NCBI GenBank assembly: GCA_947626425.1
Contig: CANQRX010000002.1
Coordinates: 1-50,322 of the forward strand
Direction of reading: 5' to 3'
DNA: 50,322 nt
From: an uncultured Bacilli bacterium
Lineage (GTDB): Bacteria > Bacillota_I > Bacilli_A > RF39 > UBA660
Below are positions 1-8,370 of the stretch, in pieces (the first letter of the stretch is position 1; each line of letters begins with the position of its first letter). Under the pieces are notes generated by a model. It was given only the letters and a program-made list of their open reading frames with translations, had not been told where the DNA came from and searched no databases. The position numbers and the translations under genes were made by a program.

Positions 1-109
1 TGCCATCACCCTTCACATTTAACCTTATTTTACCACATATTTTTAACCTGTAGTAGTTTTTGGGGGCAAATCATAGTATAATTCAATAAGAAAGGGAGGA
101 GAAATTTTT

Positions 110-580
110 ATGCCAGAGGATGTAAATAAGAGTATTTTTTCTTATGCTTATGATTTAGACAAATCATCTCCACTTTTAACATTTTTAAATGTAGATCAAA
201 TATTGTTAAAAGATTTGGATTGCATTGTTTGTTTGGAAAGTGCTGCTGATTTACTTGGGTATACAAACGGTGGATTTCGTCATAAAATTTCAGTATATTC
301 TGAAAAAGATTTTCATAAACCTTACATTCAATGTATTCTTGTAAGTGATTTAAATAAAATACCATTTATTGTTCATAAGGGAATAAAAGTTTCTCCTATT
401 GAAGTAGCAATTAATGACATGTTAGAAAAAGATTCTACAGATGTTGAAGTATTATATGAAACATTTGCCCATTATTATTTTTTAAATAAAGAAAGTTATA
501 ATGGCTTAAATATTCCAAAAAAATTAGAAAAAAGGGCAAGTCATTTTAAAGAGGAGGGGGCTTTATTTTATGAGCAATGA
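110..580 (+). CDS. Putative AbiEi-like antitoxin (small protein preceding an AbiEii-like toxin)
   Basis: 156-aa ORF with a GGGAGGAG RBS just upstream. It overlaps the start of the AbiEii-like ORF by 11 nt. Its ESAADLLGYT segment resembles AbiEi-type antitoxin C-terminal regions. Family call is by recall only. Confidence 0.4.
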   Translation: MPEDVNKSIFSYAYDLDKSSPLLTFLNVDQILLKDLDCIVCLESAADLLGYTNGGFRHKISVYSEKDFHKPYIQCILVSDLNKIPFIVHKGIKVSPIEVAINDMLEKDSTDVEVLYETFAHYYFLNKESYNGLNIPKKLEKRASHFKEEGALFYEQ

Positions 581-1294
581 AAGTGAACGATTAGAAAAAT
601 TTTTAAAACAAGTAATTATTGAAATATCTAAGTTAGATGCACCTATTATTTTTAAAGGTGGTCTTGCTTTAAAGGATATATTGAAAAATATTAACCCAGC
701 CGAAACGATAGAAAGAAGAACGATTGATATTGACGGAAACTTGGTCGGGGAAGTCGATCCAAATAAAGTTACAAAAGTTTTATCACAAGCTATTAAAAAT
801 ATTGACCCATCTTATAATCTTGAATTATATCGAAATGCAGAAAAAAACAATCTATGGGTTTTAGAATACTAGATAATGAAAATGAAGTAATTACTGAAAT
901 AGATTTAGATATGAAGCAAAACCCATTTTACGTAATAGCTGAATTAAATAATATAAATGTAAAGTATTCTTCCATAGAAAAAATATTTGCTGATAAAATT
1001 TTTTCTTTATCAGGCCCTCGTGTATTTAGAAGAAGTAAAGATTTATTAGATATTTATTTAATACTTAAAAATCAACATATTCATATTAAAAAAGTAAAAG
1101 AAATATTAGATTTTGATAAAAGAGAGTTAGGAGATTTTAGTACAATGATACAAAATAAAGAAGATATGAAACACGCCTATGATTCCTTAAAGGAAATTAC
1201 CAATAAACCAACATTTGAAGAAGTATGGAAAGAAGTAAATGAGTTTTTAATTACAAATCACTTAATTGCAAATGAAGAAACATTTGAAAAATAA
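570..1294 (+). pseudogene. AbiEii/AbiGii-family (DUF1814) nucleotidyltransferase toxin, split by a frameshift at an A7 run
   Basis: ORFs 570-872 and 854-1294 fuse into one reading frame (..AEKKQSMGFRILDNE..) if one A is added to the A7 run at 841-847. The N-terminal part carries FKGGLALKDIL and RRTIDIDG, typical of AbiEii nucleotidyltransferases. Confidence 0.5.
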
Positions 1295-1570
1295 TGTTTT
1301 TTTAAATGTTGTTTCAATATTGCGGTTTATTACTTTTATATCTTATGAACCTTATATTGTAAGCACATTAATAATGGAATAGCCAAAGAATAATGATGCT
1401 AAGCAATCTTGTTTTTTTAAGAAAAATTTCTAAAAGATTATTGATACTTTACAATACAAAAATTTAATTAAACTTTACATTAATATAAAATCCTTCGCCC
1501 CAAAGTAAAAAATATTTTTAAATATGTCAAAATATGATAGAATATGATATATGGAATAGGAGGGACAAAA

Positions 1571-3289
1571 ATGAGTAAAGATATGTTAATCATTTTAGGT
1601 ATTGCAGCCTACATCGTAACTGTTACTGCAATTACAGTAGCCCTTAATTTTTTAAATAAACGGCAAAAAGATGTTTATTATAAACAAATTACTGAATTAG
1701 AAAGAGATAAAAATTTAATTATTTCGGCTTCAATTATGAGTGAATTAAATAAAATTCAACCTTTAATGAATAACGAATTGGTTAAACAAGCTTATGATAA
1801 TTTTGTTGAAAGATTTGAAAAAATTAAAAATGAAGATGTTGCTAAAATAACCGATATGCTTGTTGATGTCGAAGAATTGTATAACGATAAAAATTATAAA
1901 GAATTAAAAGAAAAATTAAATAAAACTGAATTAGAAATTTATTATGCGAAAACCAAAGCTAATACTTTATTAGAGGAAATTAAAGAAATTACTTTAAGTG
2001 AAGAAAGAAATCGGGAAACGATAACCAAATTAAAAGCTAGCTATCGGGAAATTTTGAGAAAATATCATGATCATAAAAATGAATATCAATTAATTAGTAG
2101 TCCTATTGAACTACAGTTTGAAAATGTTGATAAATTCTTTTCGGCTTTTGAAGTAGCTATGGAAAAAAACTCTTTTCAAGAAGTTGGGAAGATTGTAAAG
2201 GCTATTGATGACTTAGTAGGTAATTTAAAATTAGTAATTGAAGAATCACCAACCATTATTACATTAGGAAGGGCAATTATACCGAAAAAAATTGATGATA
2301 TTAAAGCCATTGCGACAAGAATGGAAAAAAATGGTTTTAATTTAGATTACTTAAATTTAGATTATAATATCAGTGAATCCAAAAAGAAAATTGCTGACAT
2401 TTTTCAGCGTCTAAATGTTTTGAATATTGAAGATTCCATTTTTGAATTAAAAACAATGGTTGATTATTTTGATTCCATTTATCAAGATTTTGATAAAGAA
2501 CGAATTAGTAAAAAGAATTTTGAAGATTTGTCACGAACGATTTTAATTAAAATTAGTAAATTAAGTAAAATAAATGATGCTTTGTTAAAAAAATTAAAAG
2601 ATATTAAATATAGTTATGATTTATCCGAAGAAGAAGTAAGTGTTGTATACGTTATTAAAGATGAATTAGTTAATGAACATAAAGAATATGATAGTCTTAT
2701 CAGCGAACATCGGTCTAAAACTTCTAGTTATTCGCATTTAGGAAAACAAATGGAATTATTAAATATCAAGGTTGGAAAAACCGAAGAAAAATTAGATTTT
2801 GCCTTACGAAGTTTAGGAAGTTTGAAAGAAGATGAAATAAGAGCTCGCGAACAACTTGATGAAATGAAAACGATTTTAAATCAAGCTAAAAAACAAATAC
2901 GGTCTTATAAATTGCCGGTTATTCCCGAGAATTATTTTGTCGAACTAGCTGAAGCAACCGAGGCGATCCAAAATTTAGTAGAAGAGTTAGAAAAAACACC
3001 AATTTCAATTAAAGCCTTAAACATTCGCGTTGATACTTCGAGAGATTTAGTTTTAAAAGTATACAATACAACTAAAGAAGTCGTCAAAACGGCCCGCATG
3101 GCAGAGATGACTATTGTTTATGGTAATCGCTATCGACCAATCAAAGAAGAAATAAATATTGGTTTAACCCGCGCTGAAAATTTTTTCTTTCAAGGTGACT
3201 TTAAAAAAGCTTTGGAAAATGCCATAAATGCAGTCAATATTATTGAACCAGGAATACATAAAAAATTATTAGATGAATACCAAGAGTAG
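1571..3289 (+). CDS. ezrA: Septation ring formation regulator EzrA
   Basis: GGAGGG RBS before ATG 1571 (MSKDMLIILGIAAYIV..). One N-terminal TM helix is followed by about 540 aa of K/E-rich coiled coil. Synteny with cysteine desulfurase and thiI matches Bacillus and Staphylococcus. Confidence 0.8.
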   Translation: MSKDMLIILGIAAYIVTVTAITVALNFLNKRQKDVYYKQITELERDKNLIISASIMSELNKIQPLMNNELVKQAYDNFVERFEKIKNEDVAKITDMLVDVEELYNDKNYKELKEKLNKTELEIYYAKTKANTLLEEIKEITLSEERNRETITKLKASYREILRKYHDHKNEYQLISSPIELQFENVDKFFSAFEVAMEKNSFQEVGKIVKAIDDLVGNLKLVIEESPTIITLGRAIIPKKIDDIKAIATRMEKNGFNLDYLNLDYNISESKKKIADIFQRLNVLNIEDSIFELKTMVDYFDSIYQDFDKERISKKNFEDLSRTILIKISKLSKINDALLKKLKDIKYSYDLSEEEVSVVYVIKDELVNEHKEYDSLISEHRSKTSSYSHLGKQMELLNIKVGKTEEKLDFALRSLGSLKEDEIRAREQLDEMKTILNQAKKQIRSYKLPVIPENYFVELAEATEAIQNLVEELEKTPISIKALNIRVDTSRDLVLKVYNTTKEVVKTARMAEMTIVYGNRYRPIKEEINIGLTRAENFFFQGDFKKALENAINAVNIIEPGIHKKLLDEYQE

Positions 3290-3305
3290 TAAGGAGTATG
3301 GTTAC

Positions 3306-3881
3306 ATGAAGAAAATAATGATTGATTTAGATGAAACAATCGTAATGGATGGTTATTTAAAAGCGGTTAATGATTATAAACATACCAATTATAAGGCTGA
3401 GGATATTGACACTTATTTTGTTGAGGATATTTTAGAACCGGAGGAAAAAGAAAAATTTTTAGATTATTTTTACGAAAAACTAAATATTTATGAAGATATT
3501 AAAGTCTTACCCAATGCAATTAAAGTAATTGAAGAACTTAGTAAACATTATGACGTTTATATTTGTACTGCTTTTGTGGATAAACGACGACCCTTAGATA
3601 GTAAAGTCATGGCCATGTATAAATATGAATGGATAATAAAAAATATGCCATTTATTGACCCTAAAAAAATCATCTTAACTGGTAGTAAAGATGTAATTAT
3701 GTGTGATATTAAAATTGATGATAAAGTAGGAAATTTGGAAAATGGTTATGGTGAAGTAAAACTCTTATTAGACCATCGGCATAACCAAAATTATGACTTT
3801 GAAAAGTTAAACTCTTTAGGAATTAGAAGAGTATATAACTGGGATGCTATTCGCGATATTTTGCTAGAAGGGTGTGAGTAA
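3306..3881 (+). CDS. HAD-superfamily phosphatase, 5'(3')-deoxyribonucleotidase-like
   Basis: AAGGAG RBS at 3291-3296. The N-terminus MKKIMIDLDETIV has the DxDxT HAD motif I. Size is about 190 aa. Confidence 0.55.
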   Translation: MKKIMIDLDETIVMDGYLKAVNDYKHTNYKAEDIDTYFVEDILEPEEKEKFLDYFYEKLNIYEDIKVLPNAIKVIEELSKHYDVYICTAFVDKRRPLDSKVMAMYKYEWIIKNMPFIDPKKIILTGSKDVIMCDIKIDDKVGNLENGYGEVKLLLDHRHNQNYDFEKLNSLGIRRVYNWDAIRDILLEGCE

Positions 3882-5007
3882 AATGATTTATTTGGATTAC
3901 AGTGCCACAACCCCAGTAAGTTATGATGTTTTAGAATCATATATTGGGGCAACAAAAAATTTTATGGGCAATCCTAATTCTTTACATAGTTTAGGTGTTA
4001 AAAGTAAAACCTTAATGGCTAGTGCTGTTAAACAAATTAGCGATATTTTTCATATTTTGGAAAGTGAAATCATTTTTACCGGAAGTGCCACGATGGCCAA
4101 TAATCTAGCAATCATTGGGGCTTGTTTAGCCAATATGAAAATGGGTAATCATGTTATTGTTTCCAAACTAGAGCATCCTTCAATTTATAAAATATGTGAG
4201 TATTTAGAAACTTTAGGTTTTGAAATTAGTTATGTTGATAATAATGAAGAAGGATTAATTGATTTTGAAGATTTAAAAAACTTAATTCGGGAAGATACTA
4301 TTTTGGTTAGTATCTGTGCCGTTAATAGCGAAACAGGGGCAAGACAACCCCTAAAAATGATTCGGCAAATAATTAAAAAAGAAAATGCAGAAACAATATT
4401 TCATAGTGATATGACCCAAGCATTAGGGAAAGTTTCGATTAGTTTTCATGATGTTGATCTAGCAAGTGCTTCAAGTCATAAAATTTATGGACCGAAAGGA
4501 ATAGGTTTGTTATATAAAAGTGAAAGAGTTAAAATAAAACCCCTTTTATATGGAAGTGGTCCAAATGAATACAACCCAGGAACCCCTCCCGTTCCTTTAA
4601 TTGTGGCCTTTTCTAAAGCAATTCGTCTAGCTACAAGTGATATTGATAAAAGAGAAAATTTTGTAAGACGATTAAATACCATAATTGTCAATGAATTAAA
4701 AAAAATTGATGGCGTATTAATAAACAGTAGTAAAATTTGTATTCCTCATATTTTAAATATAAGTTTAAAAAACATAAAACCAGAAACATTTATTCATGCG
4801 ATGGAAGAATATGAAATTTATTTAAGTACCAATACAGCTTGTGCCAGTGGGGAATTATCAACTTCGATTATGGCTATCTATAATGATCCAAAAAGAGCAA
4901 TGAGTACCATAAGAATTAGTTTATCTTATCTAACAACATCCGAAGAAGTTTATAAGTTTTTAGCTTGCTTTAAAAAAGTTTATAGTAAATTATCAAACTT
5001 CCATTAA
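3874..5007 (+). CDS. Cysteine desulfurase (class V aminotransferase, NifS/NifZ/IscS family)
   Basis: YLDYSATTP N-terminus, PLP-lysine motif SSHKIYGPKGIG, and active-site loop STNTACASGE. It lies directly upstream of thiI, like nifZ in Bacillus. Confidence 0.85.
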   Translation: MSKMIYLDYSATTPVSYDVLESYIGATKNFMGNPNSLHSLGVKSKTLMASAVKQISDIFHILESEIIFTGSATMANNLAIIGACLANMKMGNHVIVSKLEHPSIYKICEYLETLGFEISYVDNNEEGLIDFEDLKNLIREDTILVSICAVNSETGARQPLKMIRQIIKKENAETIFHSDMTQALGKVSISFHDVDLASASSHKIYGPKGIGLLYKSERVKIKPLLYGSGPNEYNPGTPPVPLIVAFSKAIRLATSDIDKRENFVRRLNTIIVNELKKIDGVLINSSKICIPHILNISLKNIKPETFIHAMEEYEIYLSTNTACASGELSTSIMAIYNDPKRAMSTIRISLSYLTTSEEVYKFLACFKKVYSKLSNFH

Positions 5008-5218
5008 AATTCAGCAACATCTTTCATAATAGGCAAAAACTTGTCATTCTTTACTCTTGTTAAAAAACTTCTAATTTATTAAAATTAAAGAAGAAAGGAG
5101 ATGGAATGAACAATTTTTAAAATTATAGTTTAATTTTCTAACATTTTAGCTATTTCGTGATTGATTTTTGAAAATTTTACTATATTAAAATTAACTTAAA
5201 TGTTTTAAATAAAAAATT

Positions 5219-5242
5219 AGAAGATGCAAATCTTCTTTTTTT
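5219..5242 (+). terminator. Rho-independent terminator hairpin
   Basis: AGAAGAT-GCAA-ATCTTCT perfect 7-bp stem followed by T6. Confidence 0.5.
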
Positions 5243-5404
5243 AATGACTTTTAACATTTTTTACTAGGTTTTAACAATATAAGATTAAACAGTTTTATAT
5301 AAATGTTAATTTTTCAAAAAATCTGTTTAATGATTTACCTAAAAGGAAATAGTTTCTTGTTTTTTAATGTTTTTTTTAGTATCCTAATGATGTTGGTGAT
5401 CAAT

Positions 5405-6592
5405 ATGAAAAAAATTATTATAATTAAATATGGAGAATTAAATACTAAAAAAGCTAATATTGGTTTATTTTTAAAAACTTTAAAAAATAATATTGCAAGA
5501 GTAATAGATGATGATTCAATTGTTATTAAATATGATAAAGGGCGAATGTATGTTGATTGCAAAGAAAACGATGAAGAAGAAATTTTAACAAAAATAAAAA
5601 ATGTTTTTGGTATTCATGAATTAACTATGGGTTATGAATTAGAAACTAATGATTTCGAATTAGTTAAAGAAGCTGTTAAAGCTTTGGTTTCTAATATAAA
5701 AGGGCAAACTTTTAAAGTTGAAACCAAAAGAAGTGATAAAAATTATTTTTTAACAAGTTTGGAAATAAGCCAAAAACTAGGGGCAATAATATTAAAAGAA
5801 AACTCTAATTTGCAAGTCGATGTTAAAAATCCTGAGAGCGTAGTTCACATTGAAATTCGACGAACTAATGCTTATATTTATTTAGAAACCCAGTTAGGAT
5901 TAGGTGGTTATCCTGTTGGGGTAATGGGAAAAGGTTTGTTAATGTTATCGGGAGGAATAGATAGTCCAGTTGCCGGTTTCTTGGCGATGAAAAGAGGAGT
6001 TAAAATTGCAGCCATTTATTTTGATAGTCCACCGCATACAAGTATTGAAGCGAAAAATAAAGTTTTAAAATTAGCTAGCATTTTAAGTTCATATCAAGGT
6101 AATATTAAAGTTTTTGTGGTGCCGTTTACGAAATTGCAAGAAACTATTTATAAAGAAGTGCCATCTGAATATATGATAACAATCATGCGCCGAATGATGT
6201 ATCGAATATCGCAAAAAGTTGCTCAAAAAAATAATTGTAAAATAATAATTAATGGCGAATCAATTGGTCAAGTAGCAAGCCAAACTTTAGATAGTATGAA
6301 TGTTATAAATGAAGTTGTAACAATGCCAGTTATAAGACCTGTCGCTTGTTTCGATAAATTAGAAATAATTGATTTGGCCAAAAAAATAAATACTTATGAA
6401 ACAAGTATTTTACCATATGAAGACTGTTGTACAATCTTTGTTCCCGAGCATCCAGTTATTTATCCTAAGCAAGAAAAGTGTCTAGAATATGAACAAAAAT
6501 TTGCTTATGAGGATTTAATAGAAGAAGCAGTAGCCAATGTGAAGGTCATTAATCCTAATGAAAAAAAAGATGAATTTAAAAAATATTTATAA
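5405..6592 (+). CDS. thiI: tRNA uracil 4-sulfurtransferase ThiI
   Basis: Begins MKKIIIIKYGELNTK (ThiI ferredoxin-like/THUMP N-terminus). PP-loop motif SGGIDSPVA. The 34 residues upstream in the ORF track are hydrophobic junk with no RBS. Confidence 0.9.
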   Translation: MKKIIIIKYGELNTKKANIGLFLKTLKNNIARVIDDDSIVIKYDKGRMYVDCKENDEEEILTKIKNVFGIHELTMGYELETNDFELVKEAVKALVSNIKGQTFKVETKRSDKNYFLTSLEISQKLGAIILKENSNLQVDVKNPESVVHIEIRRTNAYIYLETQLGLGGYPVGVMGKGLLMLSGGIDSPVAGFLAMKRGVKIAAIYFDSPPHTSIEAKNKVLKLASILSSYQGNIKVFVVPFTKLQETIYKEVPSEYMITIMRRMMYRISQKVAQKNNCKIIINGESIGQVASQTLDSMNVINEVVTMPVIRPVACFDKLEIIDLAKKINTYETSILPYEDCCTIFVPEHPVIYPKQEKCLEYEQKFAYEDLIEEAVANVKVINPNEKKDEFKKYL

Positions 6593-6733
6593 TTCATCTT
6601 TACATTTATATGATTTACAAATAGCATTGTTATTACCAACTTCAATCGCACCTAAGCCACATCTTTGATTGGCATAATAAGCACAGTTTTTAACTTCACA
6701 TGCAATTCGTTGATTAAAATATTCATTTTCCAT
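6587..6733 (-). CDS. Small Cys-rich protein (48 aa), DUF1540-like
   Basis: GAGGTG RBS, then MENEYFNQRIACEVKNCAYYANQRCGLGAIEVGNNNAICKSYKCKDEL. The C-x-V-x-N-C ... C ... I-x-V pattern matches DUF1540. Below the ORF-track size cut-off. Its stop overlaps the thiI stop region by 6 nt (convergent). Confidence 0.5.
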   Translation of the reverse strand: MENEYFNQRIACEVKNCAYYANQRCGLGAIEVGNNNAICKSYKCKDEL

Positions 6734-7111
6734 AATTTTCACCTCTATAAATAGAATGTATTACTTTTAAAAATTTATACATAATAATAATGGTGATTAA
6801 AATGGAAAATAAATTAAAAGGATTCTGTTTTAATGATGAATTAGTTAAAGAACCAATTAGTAAAGATGACTATGTGGAAAAAATTATTAAAATGGAAAAA
6901 TTAAATTGTTTTAAAATATAAGGATCTTAATTAAGGAATATCCTTATTTTTTTATTCTAATTATTCGACAATTTACTTATCAAGCATATATTATAATGAA
7001 TTTTGAGGTGATTTTCTTGACATCAATTAAAAAAATGTTTAGCATAATAAGCATCTTTTCAAAGCCGAAAAAACATGTTAAGATTTAACTAGAATGGAGG
7101 TTGTGCTTGGT

Positions 7112-7612
7112 ATGGAAAAAAATAAAAAAGGAATATTTAATGTATTAGATTTAGCAAAATATTTGAATTTTTTACATAATGATTTATACGATAGAAATAT
7201 ATCTCCTTTAAAATTGCAAAAAGTTTTGTTCTTTTTATTTGGCGAATGGGGAGCTTTTATAAAAAATTCATCAGCAGATAATGATGGTAAGGATTTAGTA
7301 AATTATTCCATGTATTTGTTTGATAGTGATTTTGAAGCATGGGTTTATGGTCCCGTAGTAATTGAAGTTTATAAAAAATTTAATAATGAAACATTATCTG
7401 AGGAAGAGATTTTTAATAGCTTCGAAAAAAAATATGTTGGACATTTTATTAAAGATTTGTGTAAAGAGCTTTTTGAGTTAAGTGATTTTCGATTAGTCGA
7501 ATTATCTCATCAAAAAAAATGTTGGAAAAATAATTACAAAGCAGAGGATACTTTTCATAACAAAATTATAAATAAGGATGATATTATTCATGAATTTGCA
7601 GGGGAAATATAA
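7112..7612 (+). CDS. Panacea (DUF4065) domain protein, SocA/PanA-like antitoxin
   Basis: GGAGG RBS before ATG 7112. ISPLKLQKVLFFLFGEWGAF is the hallmark Panacea/DUF4065 motif. Confidence 0.7.
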   Translation: MEKNKKGIFNVLDLAKYLNFLHNDLYDRNISPLKLQKVLFFLFGEWGAFIKNSSADNDGKDLVNYSMYLFDSDFEAWVYGPVVIEVYKKFNNETLSEEEIFNSFEKKYVGHFIKDLCKELFELSDFRLVELSHQKKCWKNNYKAEDTFHNKIINKDDIIHEFAGEI

Positions 7613-8150
7613 TAGTAAGAAATTTTTTCCTTCACAAATACATAAAAAGTATCAAAATAAATATCAAAATATTGCTACGAAAGAAATAATATTTTTAAAT
7701 CAATACTCGGTAAAAAGTGATAATTTAAAATTTACTAACTTTTTGCAAAGAGTTTGTTCTGATCGAAATGTCAAATTAAAAAAACATATAGATAACTGTA
7801 TGTTAAATCCTTCTTACTTTGATATGAACTTTACTGGAAGAGATGTCTCGCAACAAAGCGCATCAGATTTAAAAAAAATAAAAAGAGTAAATGGGATTTT
7901 AAACTTATATAAATATGTGCCTCAACAAACAGATATTTTATATAAAGCTACGTTGGTAAATTCTAATGAAAGAGGATTTCAACTATATTTTACTATGTGT
8001 GGAAATGTCAAATACGTTTATATAATCGATATTTATCATTTGCTAATTACAAGTAAATTAGATCGAAAAAAACAGCATTTTTCTTTAATCAATGAATATA
8101 ATATGAGAAAAAAATATAATAAAGATATAAAAGATGTATTATTTATATAA
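7590..8150 (+). CDS. Hypothetical protein, candidate toxin partner of the Panacea antitoxin
   Basis: 186-aa ORF overlapping the 3' end of the Panacea gene. AAGGATGA RBS lies 9 nt before ATG 7590. No recognisable motif. Confidence 0.45.
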   Translation: MNLQGKYNSKKFFPSQIHKKYQNKYQNIATKEIIFLNQYSVKSDNLKFTNFLQRVCSDRNVKLKKHIDNCMLNPSYFDMNFTGRDVSQQSASDLKKIKRVNGILNLYKYVPQQTDILYKATLVNSNERGFQLYFTMCGNVKYVYIIDIYHLLITSKLDRKKQHFSLINEYNMRKKYNKDIKDVLFI

Positions 8151-8155
8151 ATATA

Positions 8156-8184
8156 ATTAAAAAAAATCCTTCAATCAAGGATTT
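8156..8184 (-). terminator. Terminator hairpin downstream of the tRNA (may also act on the + strand)
   Basis: AAATCCTT-GATTG-AAGGATTT 8-bp stem followed on the minus strand by a T7-8 run. It sits between the convergent 7590-8150 CDS and the tRNA. Confidence 0.6.
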
Positions 8185-8195
8185 ACTTTTATTAT

Positions 8196-8272
8196 TGGTA
8201 GCCTGTACGGGGTTTGAACCCGTGAATACGAGCTTGAGAGGCGCGCGTGTTAAACCACTTCACCAACAGGCC
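8196..8272 (-). tRNA. tRNA-Glu (anticodon CUC), CCA encoded
   Basis: Reverse complement GGCCTGTTGGTGAAGTGGTTTAACACGCGCGCCTCTCAAGCTCGTATTCACGGGTTCAAACCCCGTACAGGCTACCA folds as a cloverleaf. It has a 7-bp acceptor stem (G1-U72), T arm ACGGG/TTCAAAC/CCCGT, and anticodon loop CTCTCAA. Acceptor, D and T arms closely resemble Bacillus tRNA-Glu. There is one C-U mismatch in the anticodon stem. Confidence 0.7.
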
Positions 8273-8370
8273 ATTGCTTTTTACGAAAAACATTGTAACA
8301 TTAAAATGATATTTTTACAATAGACAATTAGGGGTTTTCCCGATATAATAATTTTAAGTGAAGTGATATT

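Noticed and set aside
5303-5404. 34-codon N-terminal extension of thiI given in the ORF track
   Set aside because: The extension is hydrophobic filler with no RBS. ThiI homologs begin at the MKK..IKYGE motif found at 5405.
6802-6921. 39-aa + strand ORF (MENKLKGFCFNDELVKEPISKDDYVEKIIKMEKLNCFKI) followed by a hairpin and T-run
   Set aside because: The RBS is weak (GGTGAT) and there is no recognisable family. It is too short to support without conservation or expression data.
8196-8272. Alternative reading of the tRNA as a UCA (opal-decoding Trp/Sec-like) tRNA
   Set aside because: Shifting the loop to expose TCA would put C rather than U at position 33 and break the stem. Many genes here end in TGA, and the acceptor, D and T arms match tRNA-Glu.
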